DNA of 64,000 nucleotides from Terriglobia bacterium (lineage in GTDB: Bacteria; Acidobacteriota; Terriglobia; Acidiferrales; UBA7541). The stretch covers positions 2,912,001 through 2,976,000 of the forward strand of contig OY968796.1 in the NCBI GenBank assembly GCA_963695545.1, read 5' to 3'. The notes under the pieces were generated by a model. The model did not search any database. It was not told where the DNA came from and was given only the letters and a program-made list of their open reading frames with translations. The translations under genes were made by a program, and so were the position numbers. Positions 9,555 through 20,092 of this stretch are shown here, piece after piece; the stretch's first letter is position 1; the number at the start of each line of letters is the position of its first letter.

Positions 9555-10919
9555 ATGGCACTGCGGCAAACTGCTCCGAAAATTGCGCCCGAAGAGTACG
9601 AGCGGAATTTTGCGGACATTACTCCGGCGATGACGCCGCGCCAGGCCGCGATCGAAGCCGAGCGATGCCTATATTGTTTCGACGCGCCGTGCACGATTGC
9701 TTGTCCGACGCGCATCGATGTGCCCGGTTTCATCAAGCGCATCATGACCGGAAATCTTCTGGGCTCGGCGCGCGTGATTTTGGAAGCCAATATCCTGGGC
9801 GAAAGCTGTGGCCGCGTCTGTCCCACTGAAGTGCTGTGCGAGGGCGCTTGCGTGATGCACGAAAAGGGCGAGCAGCCCATCGAGATCGGCCGGCTACAAC
9901 GCTACGCCGTGGACGCGGCGTTCGCGCGCAAGACGCCGATGTTTCATGCAGGAGCCGCAAATGGCAAACGCGTGGCTTGCATCGGCGCGGGACCCGCTTC
10001 GCTTGCGTGCGCCGCGCAACTTGCGCGCCTGGGATATGGCGTCACGATCTTTGATCGGCGCGAATTGCCCGGCGGCCTGAACACTTACGGCATCGCGGCG
10101 TACAAAACGCGCGCCGCGGACGCGTTGCGCGAAGTCGAAATGATCCGCGCGTTGGGCGTGGAGTTTCGCCAGAAGATTGAGATCGGCAAAGACGTTTCCT
10201 TCGCCGATCTCGAAAAGCAATTCGACGCGATCTTCATCGGCGTGGGATTGGGCGAAACCACGCCGCTCAAGTTGCCCGGCGAAAATACGCCCGGAGTGTT
10301 CGGCGCGATCGAATTCATCGAAATGACCAAGACGCGACCGTTCGAGCACGTCGAGATCGGCAATCGCGTGGCCTGCATCGGCGCGGGCAACACGGCGATC
10401 GACGTAGTCACCGCGGCGCGGCGCCTGAATGCGTCGAACGTCTATTTGATTTATCGCCGCAGCGAGCACGAGATGCCTGCGTTCCGCTACGAATTTACGA
10501 TCGCGCAGAAAGACGGCGTCACATTCATGTGGCAAACCCAGCCGGTGCGCGTGGTCGCGCGCGATGGCGCAGTCGCGGGCCTTGAATGCGTGCGCACGCG
10601 CCTCGGCGAGGCGGACGCGCGCGGGCGCCGCCAGCCGCAAGCGATCCCGGGCAGTGAATTCACGATTGATGTGGATATGGTCGTGCGCGCCGTCGGTCAG
10701 AAGCCCGTCACCGAATTTCTCCGCGCAGTGAAAGGCATCGCGCTGCGCGAAAACGGCACCGTGGTTGTGGACGAGAAGCACCGCACGGGCAATCCGAAAT
10801 ATTTCTCCGCCGGCGATTGCGTGAATGGCGGCAGGGAAGTTGTGGACGCCGTCGCGGAGGGCAAAGCCGCGGCGCTCGCGATGGATGCCGCGCAGGGAAT
10901 CCCGCGTGGCCGCGCCTGA
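9555..10919 (+). CDS. preT: Dihydropyrimidine dehydrogenase subunit A (GltD-like)
   Basis: RCLYCFDAPC...CP Fe-S motif, GAGPA and GAGNTAID dinucleotide folds; upstream of preA. Confidence 0.9.
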   Translation: MALRQTAPKIAPEEYERNFADITPAMTPRQAAIEAERCLYCFDAPCTIACPTRIDVPGFIKRIMTGNLLGSARVILEANILGESCGRVCPTEVLCEGACVMHEKGEQPIEIGRLQRYAVDAAFARKTPMFHAGAANGKRVACIGAGPASLACAAQLARLGYGVTIFDRRELPGGLNTYGIAAYKTRAADALREVEMIRALGVEFRQKIEIGKDVSFADLEKQFDAIFIGVGLGETTPLKLPGENTPGVFGAIEFIEMTKTRPFEHVEIGNRVACIGAGNTAIDVVTAARRLNASNVYLIYRRSEHEMPAFRYEFTIAQKDGVTFMWQTQPVRVVARDGAVAGLECVRTRLGEADARGRRQPQAIPGSEFTIDVDMVVRAVGQKPVTEFLRAVKGIALRENGTVVVDEKHRTGNPKYFSAGDCVNGGREVVDAVAEGKAAALAMDAAQGIPRGRA

Positions 10920-10924
10920 TCGCG

Positions 10925-11524
10925 ATGCGCGTGCCCGATGCGATCGTCGACCGCGTTCCGCAGCTCGGCGTGCTGACGGAAGATTGGGAGCCGGTTTCGC
11001 GCGGCGCCGCGATTGGTTGGCTTGTTTTCTACGCGGTGATGCTTTTGAGCGTGGCGACAAACGGCACGCTCAAAAATCTGATGGATTTGGTTTTCGTCCC
11101 GATCCACGAGGGCGGCCATTTGCTGTTTCGCTTTTTTGGCGAATGGATCATGGTGGCGGGCGGGACGTTTCTACAACTTTTCGTGCCGTTTGCGCTGGCC
11201 GTGTATTTCATTTTGCGGCGCCAGGTGCCGGGAACGGCCTTTTGCGCGTTTTTCTTTTTTGAACAATTCTTGCCGATCGCGATCTATATGGCCGATTCGC
11301 ATTGCCAGTGTTTGACGTACGTAACGGTGGGCGATTCGGATACGGCCATTCACGATTGGTTTTATTTGTTTTCGAGCGTTGGATTGCTCGAGCACGATAC
11401 GCAGATTGCCGCTCTCGTGCGCACGCTCGGCTGGATCGGGATGCTGGCAACCGTCATTTGGTTCGCCGTGCGCTCGCTGCGAAGCGGCGAAATCGCGGCG
11501 GTCCCGGCGGCGCAAACCGAGTAG
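10925..11524 (+). CDS. Membrane protein with HExxH motif (M50-like metallopeptidase?)
   Basis: HEGGH and HDW within hydrophobic segments. Confidence 0.65.
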   Translation: MRVPDAIVDRVPQLGVLTEDWEPVSRGAAIGWLVFYAVMLLSVATNGTLKNLMDLVFVPIHEGGHLLFRFFGEWIMVAGGTFLQLFVPFALAVYFILRRQVPGTAFCAFFFFEQFLPIAIYMADSHCQCLTYVTVGDSDTAIHDWFYLFSSVGLLEHDTQIAALVRTLGWIGMLATVIWFAVRSLRSGEIAAVPAAQTE

Positions 11525-11558
11525 GCGGCGCGACAGCAGGAATCGGGAGGTAACGCAC

Positions 11559-12833
11559 ATGGCGGATTTACGCGTGAAGTTTTGTGGGATTGAATCGCCG
11601 AATCCATTTTGGTTGGCCAGCGGGCCGCCGGCCAATACGGCCGGGCAAGTGATCCGCGCGTTTGAAGCCGGCTGGGGCGGCGCGGTGTGGAAGACCATCG
11701 GCGATCCCATCGTCAACACCAGTTCGCGTTACGGCGCGATCGACTACAACGGCGTGAAGGTCATGGGCCTGAACAATATCGAGCTGATCAGTGACCGGCC
11801 GATTGAAACCAACTTCCGCGAAATCGCTGAAGTGAAGAAGCGCTTTCCGAAAAATCTGGTGATCGCGTCGCTGATGGTTGAATCGAAGCGCGAGACTTGG
11901 CACGACATGGTGCATCGCGCGGAAGACGCGGGTTCGGACGCACTCGAACTCAATTTCGGCTGTCCGCACGGCATGAGCGAGCGCGGCATGGGCGCTTCGG
12001 TCGGACAAGTGCCGGAATATACCGAAATGATCGCGGGGTGGGTGAAGGAAGCGGCGAAGACTCCGGTAATCGTGAAGCTCACGCCCAACGTTACGGACAT
12101 CACCAAAGTCGCGCGCGCTGCCGAGCGCGCCGGCGCCGACGCCGTGAGCTTGATCAACACGATTAATTCGGTGATGAGCGTGGATCTCGATACGTTTGCG
12201 CCTACGCCGAATGTCGGCGGCCGATCCTCGCACGGCGGTTATTGCGGACCGGCGGTGAAACCCATCGCGCTGCACCTGGTTTCGTCGGTCGCCAAGGCCG
12301 TGAAAATTCCGATCGTGGGAATCGGCGGCATTACGTATTGGAACGACGCTGCTGAACACATCGCGCTGGGCGCTTCGTGCGTGCAGGTGTGCACGGCCGT
12401 GATGCATTATGGATTCCGCATCGTAGAGGACATGGCCGAGGGATTGTCGCAATACATGGACGAGCATGGCTTTCGCTCGATCGAGGTTTTTCGCGGGCGC
12501 GCCGTGCGCAACGTTGTGGATTGGGGCGATCTCGATTTGAATTACAAGATCATCGCGGATATCGATTCCGCGTTGTGCATCGGATGCCAGCTTTGTTATG
12601 TCGCTTGCGAGGACGGCGCGCATCAATGCATCGCGCCGTACGGCGTCGCGGGAAATGGCAAGAAAAATCCCAACGGGATGGGGGTGCACGTGCCGCGCAT
12701 CATCGAAGACGAATGCGTCGGCTGCAATTTGTGCGCACTCGTTTGCCCCGTGCAAAACTGCATCACCATGCGCCAGATCGATACGGGCAAAGCGCCGCAA
12801 AGTTGGAACGAGCGCGTGCGCGCGGCTGGCTGA
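11559..12833 (+). CDS. preA: Dihydropyrimidine dehydrogenase subunit B
   Basis: NPFWLAS, ELNFGCPHGM, KLTPN, C-terminal ferredoxin CxxCxxC motifs; GGGAGG RBS. Confidence 0.95.
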   Translation: MADLRVKFCGIESPNPFWLASGPPANTAGQVIRAFEAGWGGAVWKTIGDPIVNTSSRYGAIDYNGVKVMGLNNIELISDRPIETNFREIAEVKKRFPKNLVIASLMVESKRETWHDMVHRAEDAGSDALELNFGCPHGMSERGMGASVGQVPEYTEMIAGWVKEAAKTPVIVKLTPNVTDITKVARAAERAGADAVSLINTINSVMSVDLDTFAPTPNVGGRSSHGGYCGPAVKPIALHLVSSVAKAVKIPIVGIGGITYWNDAAEHIALGASCVQVCTAVMHYGFRIVEDMAEGLSQYMDEHGFRSIEVFRGRAVRNVVDWGDLDLNYKIIADIDSALCIGCQLCYVACEDGAHQCIAPYGVAGNGKKNPNGMGVHVPRIIEDECVGCNLCALVCPVQNCITMRQIDTGKAPQSWNERVRAAG

Positions 12834-12841
12834 GCGGTGCT

Positions 12842-14284
12842 CTAAGCTTCGACTTCGGCCGGGCGAGCGCGCATCAGCGCGTAATAGGCCACGAAGCTCA
12901 CGCCGAATCCAACAAACCACGCATAGTTGTAAAGCACGCGCACGGCCGGAACGACAAGCCCCACAAACGCTACCGCACATCCCGATGCCAGCGCCGCAAC
13001 GGCGCGCCAATTTATGCCGTGCGTGAATTCGTAGAAGCCGCCGCGCCGATACAAATCCTCGACCAGGATGATTTTCTTGCGGATCACAAAATAGTCGCAA
13101 ATCATCACGCCCGCAATTGGCCCGAGAAATCCGGAATAGCCGACGAGCCAGCCGTTGATATAGCTGCCGTGCGTGGCGAGCAATCGCCACGGCTGCATCG
13201 CGAGGCCGAGGAAGCACGTGATTAGGCCGCCGGTGCGAAATCGGATATGGCGCGGCGAGAGATTCGAGAAATCGTTGGCGGGCGAAACCACGTTGGCCGC
13301 GACGTTCACGTTCAGCGTGGCGACTAGCAGCGCGACCATCGCTACGATTACTGCGGCGGCGCTGCCCAGGCGCGCGAGAACTTCGACCGGATTCCACAAT
13401 GCTTCGCCGAATATAACCGTCGTCGCCGAGGTCACCGCGATCCCGATGAAGGAATAGAACGTCATCGTCGTTGGCAAACCCAGCGCCTGGCCCAGCATTT
13501 GTGCGCGCTGGCTGCGGGCATAGCGCGTGAAGTCCGGGATGTTCAGCGCCACAGTGGCCCAGAAACCCACAACGCCCGTGAGCGATGGTGCGAAAACGCG
13601 AAAAAATGATCTGAAGTCGTGGAATTGCGATGGCGTTCGCAGCATCGGTCCGAAGCCGCCGGCCTTCGTGCCGGCCCACGCGAGCAACGCCACGCCGAGC
13701 AGGAGCAGGCAGGGCGCGGAAACTCCCTGAAGAAAACGGATCGTGTCGATGCCGCGCACGATCACGAGCACATTCAGCAGCCAGAACGCCGTGAAGCAAA
13801 TCGCGACGCCCCAGTGAAAACTGGCCCAGCGCGGATCGAGCGCGATGATCATCGCGTTGATGGCTTCGCCGCCGATCCATGCGTTGATGCCGAACCAGCC
13901 GCAGGCCACCAGCGCGCGCAACACAGCGGCGATGTTCGCGCCCATCACGCCGAACGACGCGCGCGCGAACACCGGGAAGGGAATTCCGTAGCGCGCGCCG
14001 GCGTGCGCGTTCAATAGCATGGGCACGAGCACTAGCACGTTGCCGAGAAAAACTGTACCGAGCGCCTGCTTCCAATTCATTCCCGCGGCGATCATTCCGC
14101 TCGCCAGCATGTAAGTCGGGATGTTCACGCTCATGGCGACCCACAGCGCAGCGTAATCGTAGGTGCCCCAAGTGCGGCGCGAGTAGGGAATCGGCGCGAG
14201 GTCTTCGTTGTAGAGCGAGCTTGCGCGAATCGTTTCGCTGGCGAGCGCGCCGTCGACTAATCCAGTGCCGGCGTTCATGGTCAC
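12842..14284 (-). CDS. NCS1 nucleobase:cation symporter
   Basis: LYNEDLAP, GIPFPVFARASFG, LNIPDFTRY motifs; about 12 TM segments. Confidence 0.92.
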   Translation of the reverse strand: MTMNAGTGLVDGALASETIRASSLYNEDLAPIPYSRRTWGTYDYAALWVAMSVNIPTYMLASGMIAAGMNWKQALGTVFLGNVLVLVPMLLNAHAGARYGIPFPVFARASFGVMGANIAAVLRALVACGWFGINAWIGGEAINAMIIALDPRWASFHWGVAICFTAFWLLNVLVIVRGIDTIRFLQGVSAPCLLLLGVALLAWAGTKAGGFGPMLRTPSQFHDFRSFFRVFAPSLTGVVGFWATVALNIPDFTRYARSQRAQMLGQALGLPTTMTFYSFIGIAVTSATTVIFGEALWNPVEVLARLGSAAAVIVAMVALLVATLNVNVAANVVSPANDFSNLSPRHIRFRTGGLITCFLGLAMQPWRLLATHGSYINGWLVGYSGFLGPIAGVMICDYFVIRKKIILVEDLYRRGGFYEFTHGINWRAVAALASGCAVAFVGLVVPAVRVLYNYAWFVGFGVSFVAYYALMRARPAEVEA

Positions 14285-14766
14285 GGGCCGAAAATGACTA
14301 CGGGGTGGGGAATGTCGATGTCAAAGACGCGGCCTTCGGTGTCCAGGCGAAAATGGGTTCGATAGGCTTCGCCGACGTCGCGCACGATCCATCCGGAAGT
14401 CGCCAGCGGAGTTGCCGGACGATCTTCCTCGCGCCAGGAAATGTCGTCCTGGCTGTGCTCAAGTTTTGCGGGATCGAGTTCGTAGACTCGGCGGTCATTC
14501 GCAAGGACGAGCAGATACCTTGCGCCCAATTGGATCAGCAGGCGGTCATTTTTCTTGTCGGCGGTGTAGAGATTCCAATTCGCGGGCGGATGATCGTCGA
14601 CGCGCAGCAGCGCGGAGGGAACGGGTTTCCATTCGACTTTCTCGGCCGCGCGAAGGAACGGTGAGAGAACGCCGACGAGAGCGACAAGACACGCGCCGGC
14701 CAAAATCCACAAATGCGAACGCAGCGACAACTGTCCGGAATGTTCCGCGTCGCGCACCTCAGCCAC
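14281..14766 (-). CDS. Hypothetical exported protein
   Basis: Overlaps both neighbours in an operon; N-terminal hydrophobic stretch. Confidence 0.65.
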   Translation of the reverse strand: MAEVRDAEHSGQLSLRSHLWILAGACLVALVGVLSPFLRAAEKVEWKPVPSALLRVDDHPPANWNLYTADKKNDRLLIQLGARYLLVLANDRRVYELDPAKLEHSQDDISWREEDRPATPLATSGWIVRDVGEAYRTHFRLDTEGRVFDIDIPHPVVIFGP

Positions 14767-16240
14767 GTTTGCGCGCGTAGTCGATGTATACGGTCTTGAT
14801 CTCGGTGTAGAAATCGATGGCCACGTGGCCCATTTCGCGCAGGCCGATACCGGTGCCTTTGACGCCGCCGAAGGGAAGATGCGCTTCGCTCGAGATGGTG
14901 GGGAGATTGACGTGGGTCATGCCGCTTTCGATGCGCTCGATGAACTCGAAGATTTTTCGCGCGTCGTTGGTGTAAATCGAGCTCGAGAGGCCGTACTTCA
15001 CGGAATTCGCGACGCGAATGGCTTCTTCAAAATCGCTGACGCGAATCACGGAGATCACCGGGCCGAAAATTTCTTCCTGCGCGATCACGCTGTCCCACGG
15101 GACGTGATCGAAGACGGTGGCGGCGACGAAAAGGCCGCGATCCATCTCGCCACCAGTGAGGCGCGAACCGCCGGCGACCAATTTCGCTTCTTTCTTGCCG
15201 ACTTCGAGATAGCGCAACACGGTCTCGAGTTGTTTTTCGTCGACCACGGGGCCGAGGTCCACGCTCGAATCGAGGCCGTTGCCGGCTTTGCATTGACGCG
15301 CGCGCGCGGCGAGCGCTTCGACGAAGCGATCGGCGATGGCGTCTTCGACGACAACGCGGCTGGTGGCCGTGCAGCGCTGGCCCGATGAGCCGAATGCGCC
15401 GACGACGGTCGATTCGACGGCGAGATCGAGATCAGCGTCACGCAACACCACGACCGGATTTTTGCCGCCCATCTCGCACTGGCACTTTTTCATTTTGCGC
15501 GCGCCCGCGGCGTAGATCGCGCCGCCGATGGCGTTTGAGCCGGTGAAGGAAAGCGCGCGCACGTCGTCGTGCTGCACCAATTCGTCGCCGACTTCTTCTC
15601 CTGCGCCCAAGATCATATTCAGCACACCGGCGGGCGTTCCGGCTTCAGAGAAAATCTCGACGATGATTGCCGCGGTGAGCGGCGTCACTTCCGCGGGCTT
15701 AAAGACCATGGTGTTTCCGGTGACAAGCGCGGGGCCAGCCTTCCACACCGGAATCGCGACGGGAAAATTCCACGGAGTGATCGCGCCGACCACGCCGAGC
15801 GGCTGCTTGGATGTGTAGACGAAATTGCGAGGCAGCGCCGAAGGCACGGTTTCGCCGCCCATGCGCAGGGCTTCGCCGGCGGTGAATTCTAAAATGTTCA
15901 CGGAGCGCGAAACTTCGCCGAGCGAATCTTTGAGCGTCTTGCCTTCCTCGCGCGTCAGCAGGCGCGCCACTTCTTCCTTGCGCGCTTCGAGAATCGCGGC
16001 GGCGCGCGCCACGATTTTGCCGCGCACGGGTGCCGGCGTATCGCGCCAAGCAGGGAAGGCGGCTTTCGCGGCGGCGATGGCTTCGCGCGCTTCTTTGCGC
16101 GTAGAGAGCGGAACGATGGCGACGACTTCATCCTGGTCGGCTGGATTGCGCCGCTCAATCGTTAGATTGGAGCTGGATTGAATCCATTCGCCGTTGATGA
16201 AATTGCGGCAAACCTGCGCGGTGGTGGTGGCTGTGGGCAT
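14759..16240 (-). CDS. Aldehyde dehydrogenase family protein
   Basis: ITPWNFP, FTGS, EMGGKNP, GQRCTA, EEIFGP motifs. Confidence 0.92.
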   Translation of the reverse strand: MPTATTTAQVCRNFINGEWIQSSSNLTIERRNPADQDEVVAIVPLSTRKEAREAIAAAKAAFPAWRDTPAPVRGKIVARAAAILEARKEEVARLLTREEGKTLKDSLGEVSRSVNILEFTAGEALRMGGETVPSALPRNFVYTSKQPLGVVGAITPWNFPVAIPVWKAGPALVTGNTMVFKPAEVTPLTAAIIVEIFSEAGTPAGVLNMILGAGEEVGDELVQHDDVRALSFTGSNAIGGAIYAAGARKMKKCQCEMGGKNPVVVLRDADLDLAVESTVVGAFGSSGQRCTATSRVVVEDAIADRFVEALAARARQCKAGNGLDSSVDLGPVVDEKQLETVLRYLEVGKKEAKLVAGGSRLTGGEMDRGLFVAATVFDHVPWDSVIAQEEIFGPVISVIRVSDFEEAIRVANSVKYGLSSSIYTNDARKIFEFIERIESGMTHVNLPTISSEAHLPFGGVKGTGIGLREMGHVAIDFYTEIKTVYIDYARKRG

Positions 16241-16249
16241 GGGCGCGGC

Positions 16250-17576
16250 CTAGACGCGGACCTCGGAAAACGATTTGTCGAGCAGTCGAATGGCTTCGTC
16301 GACGTCGGCCTTGGCGATATTGAGCATGGGCGCGAGGCGAATCACGTTGCCGTAGAGGCCGCCCTTGCCGATCAAGAGGCCGTTGTCGCGCGCGCGCTCG
16401 AGCAGCTGCGTTTGTGGCTTCGGGCGCGGGCTCTTTGGTTTGGCGGTCTTTTACGAGTTCGATGCCTTGCATCAGCCCCATTCCGCGCACGTCGCCGATC
16501 ACGCGCATGCTTTTCCTTCAGCTCGTCGAGTTTTCCGCGGAAATAGTCGCCGACGACATCGGCGTTATCGAGCAGATTTTCTTCTTCGATCACTTCGATG
16601 GTGGCGCGCGCCGCAACCGACGTGACCGGATTGCCGCCGAAGGTGGAAATCGTCGAGGCCCTGGAAGGCGTCAGCGATTTCGGGCGTCGTGATGGTTGCG
16701 CCGATCGGCGTGCCGTTGGCCATGCCTTTGGCGCAAGTGATGATGTCCGGCGTGACTTCCCAGTGCTCGATGCCGAACCAGTTTTTCCGGTGCGGCCGAA
16801 GCCGGTTTGCACTTCGTCGGAGATGAACAGGCCGCCGTATTTTTTCACGATCTGAAAAACAATCTTGAAATATTCCGGCGGAGGAGTGATGAATCCGCCG
16901 ACGCCCTGAATGGGCTCGGCGATGAAGGCGGCGATCTGGCCGCTGGTGCCGGTTTGGATCAGATTTTCAACGTCATTGGCGCAAGCTACGCCGCAATCGG
17001 GATATTTCATGCCCAGCGGGCAGCGATAGCAATAAGGATTGATGGCGTGCGAGACGCCGACGCTGATGATTCCGGTCCGCGGCGATAGGGCGCGACGGCG
17101 GTCATCGATTTCGTGAGCGACGATCCGCCGGAATACGCGTGGCGCAGACCGACGACATCGTAGCGGCCGGTGGCCATGCGCGCGAGTGAGAATGGCCATT
17201 TCGTTGGCTTCGCTGCCGGAATTGGTGAAGAAAGTTTTTTCGCAGGCGGCCGGGCGTGATCTGCGCCATTTTTTCGGCCAGATCGACGATGGCCTCGTTG
17301 GGATAGAGCGTGGAGAGATGCTGCAGGCGATCGACCTGCGCTTTGATTTTCCCGGTGACCTTGGGATTGGTGTGTCCGACGGAGATGGTGAGGATGCCGC
17401 CGAAGAAATCGAGATATTTCTTGCCCTCGACGTCCCAAACGTATTGCATCGAGGCGCGGTCGGCTACGAGCGGCTGCTTGTAATAATTCGACGACCGCGG
17501 GCCAGACGTATTCTTTGTATTTGGCGACGACTTCTTCGCTACGTGTGGCTGACCGTCTTGGTCTTCAGTCGCTCAT
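16250..17576 (-). pseudogene. Class-III aminotransferase (beta-alanine/AGXT2-like), broken by several frameshifts (assembly error or pseudogene)
   Basis: Fragments in different frames: KYLDFFGGILTISVGH, AEPIQGVGG, DEVQTGFGRTG, TFGGNP, VRGMGLMQG. Confidence 0.85.
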
Positions 17577-17602
17577 GAAGCTCCCCTGAAATCGTTTTGC
17601 AA

Positions 17603-18508
17603 CTAATCTGCTGCTTGCGCCGAGCCGGCCGCGAGCGTGCGCGTGATTTCGCCGTAAGATTCCGGACGGCGATCGCGGAAGAATTGCCAGACGCGGCGCA
17701 CTTCTTCGATTTCGTCGAGATTCGAGTTCGGCGGCGAGCAGTTCGTCTTTGTTGCGGCTGGCTTGCGCCACGATTTTTCCGCGCGGACTGCAGAAATAGC
17801 TCTTGCCGTAAAATTCGCCGATCTTCCACGGTGCTTCGATGCCCACGCGATTGATGGCCGCGACAAAATATCTGATTGGCCACGGCATGAGCCGGCTGCT
17901 CGAGTTCCCACAAATATTCGGAAAGCCCGGCGACGGTGGCCGATGGGTTATAGACGATTTCCGCGCCGTTCAGGCCGAGGCATGCGCGCGCCTTCGGGGA
18001 AGTGACGGTCGTAACAGATATAGACGCCGACTTTGGCGAAACGCGTTTGGAAAACGGGATAGCCGGCGTTGCCGGGCGTGAAATAAAATTTCTCCCAAAA
18101 ACCGGGATGGCAGTGCGGGATGTGGTGCTTGCGATATTTTCCGAGATATTTTCCGTCGACGTCAATCACCGCGGCGGTGTTGTAATAGACGCCGGGCATT
18201 TCGACTTCGTAGATCGGGACGACCAGGACCATTTCGTGTTTCTTCGCGAGTTTTTGCATGCGCGCGATGGTTGGGCCGTCGGGAACGGGCTCGGTCAAGT
18301 CGTACCAGCGCGTTTGCTGCTCGGCGCAGAAATAAGGGCCGTAAAAGAGCTCCTGCAAACCGAGGACTTGCACTTTCTTCTTGGCCGCTTGCGCGATGAG
18401 ATCCTCGTGCTTCGCGATCATCCGCTTCTTGATTTCGTCGAGCGAATATTTTTCCGGCGACCACTCGCACGACGCCTGGATCAAGCCGCAGCGGACCATT
18501 CGAGACAT
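17603..18508 (-). pseudogene. Nitrilase-family beta-ureidopropionase, frameshifted in its 3' half
   Basis: LQELFYGPYF, YRKHHIP, EKFYF.PG, ICYDRHFPE; the continuation GLNGAEIVYNPSAT...WELEQPAHAVAN and FFRDRRPE lie in other frames. Confidence 0.85.
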
Positions 18509-18651
18509 CGCGCACCTCCGGTGCTGTAAGGGCAGTTTACCGCTGGCGGGCGCGTGGGAACAAGGCGCGCGCCGCGCTTGTGAGAACTCTATGATTGCAG
18601 GGGACTTCGGAATTTCGGGGCGGCGGGCGGCTAACGACAGACGGAAACGTG

Positions 18652-18984
18652 TATATATACCCCCGGTATGTTTTTGCGAACTTGCTGAAAACGCGGCGGT
18701 TGCAGGGAAAGAGTGCGGATGAGTGTGAAAACAAATGGGGTTAAAACGTCTATTTTTCAGCATGTTGCGCACTCTTTTGTAATTGACTGAAAACAAATGG
18801 GGTTGTGTAGGGGCTTTGGTCGTCACAGGAACGAAATCGAGACGGCGAGGGCGCAGGTCGAGGGAGCGCGCGGGACGCAAATCCAGAGTGGGCTGCGTGG
18901 ACAGTTCGAAATGGGGAAGCGCGAACATTCAAAATGATAACATTTGTGCACGCTAGTGTCAACTACTATATGAGTATTCGAAAC
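18652..18984 (-). repeat. Dispersed promoter-bearing element, copy C1
   Basis: TTCGAATA box; TTGACA(18962-18957)-N17-TATCAT(18939-18934); ATG 18928; AAGAGTGCG/CGCACTCTT stem; ends AAAACATACCGGGGGTATATA. Confidence 0.85.
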
Positions 18985-19198
18985 AAATCTCGCACGCACG
19001 GAGAGAGCGGATAAGGGGCGCCAGGCCGCGCCCTTCCCCGGGGCATCTGGAGGATAGGCTAATCGCGGCGCGACCCGGCGGCCGAGATTCCTAAACAAAA
19101 TATAAAAATCCGACCGGCGATTTTGAGGCTAAGGTACAGCGCGCGCCGAGATGTCTTTCGGTTGCGCGGCCCGGGTCGTATATAATCTCGCCGCGCTC

Positions 19199-20023
19199 AT
19201 GGATGCCTTTTGGAAGCGTTTGTACGCAGCTGCGCGCCGCGTGGTTCCCAATTGCGTGGCGCAGTCGCAGGGCGTGGCGTTCAACATGTTTCTGGCGGCC
19301 ATGCCCATGCTGCTGATCGTGATGGGAGTGGCCTCTCTTTCCGCGCGGACCGGCGAAGGCTTTCAAGAAATGTTGTCGCGCCTGAGCGCGTTCATGCCTC
19401 CGGGCGTGCGCGCGATCGTTTTGCGATTTGTGCTGACGCACAGCACATACCCCTGGCGCTGGATTTCGCTGGGAATGGGCGGCACGCTGCTGGCCGGAAT
19501 GCAGATGATGCGCCTGGTGATCGACGGCTTTCAGATGCTGCGCGGCAATTGCGCGCCGCACGGCGGCTGGAGCAAACAATTTCGCGCGCTGCTGCTATTG
19601 CTGGTGACCATCGCGCCGTGGCTGGTGGCGGCGAACCTGCTGGTATTCGGCAAGCAATCGCGTCAGTGGCTGATTCAAAATTCCGCATCGCCGCTGCTGG
19701 TCAGATTTTTGTGGGTCGCATTATATATTTTTGCGGCGTTGTTTCTGGCCATGCTGGCGCTGGCGGTGATCTATCGCGTGGGGCGGCCGTCGGGCGACCG
19801 CGGCGGGCCGGTGTTGCCGGGCGCGGCGCTGGCGACGCTGCTGTGGTGGATTGTGAGCGGCGCGTTCGGGTTTTACATGCGGCACGTTCCGTATTCGCTG
19901 GTGTACGGCGGGTTGGCGGTGGCCATCGGGTTGATGTTGTGGATGCAGCTCACCGCGACGATATTATTTCTCGGCGCAGCGTTTAATATAGAGGTGGCCG
20001 CAAGCCGGAGCGCGGCGGCGTAA
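19199..20023 (+). CDS. YihY/virulence factor BrkB family membrane protein
   Basis: PGAxxA and YSLVYGGL...LMLW motifs; TATAAT shortly upstream. Confidence 0.85.
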   Translation: MDAFWKRLYAAARRVVPNCVAQSQGVAFNMFLAAMPMLLIVMGVASLSARTGEGFQEMLSRLSAFMPPGVRAIVLRFVLTHSTYPWRWISLGMGGTLLAGMQMMRLVIDGFQMLRGNCAPHGGWSKQFRALLLLLVTIAPWLVAANLLVFGKQSRQWLIQNSASPLLVRFLWVALYIFAALFLAMLALAVIYRVGRPSGDRGGPVLPGAALATLLWWIVSGAFGFYMRHVPYSLVYGGLAVAIGLMLWMQLTATILFLGAAFNIEVAASRSAAA

Positions 20024-20092
20024 GTCCCGCGATCGCGTGAGAGCGAGTCGCGCGAGGCGTTTCCAACCATCTCAGAGCGAGGCGAATTCTCG

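Noticed and set aside
11568..14171. 867-aa minus-strand ORF and similar long ORFs (31883-33607, 51265-52956, most of 55934-57841, 59391-60998)
   Set aside because: Shadow or alternate frames of well-supported genes, Arg/Ala/Gly-rich with no motifs; expected in high-GC DNA.
16250..18000. Programmed ribosomal frameshifting
   Set aside because: Too many indels across two genes in inconsistent contexts; error or decay is simpler.
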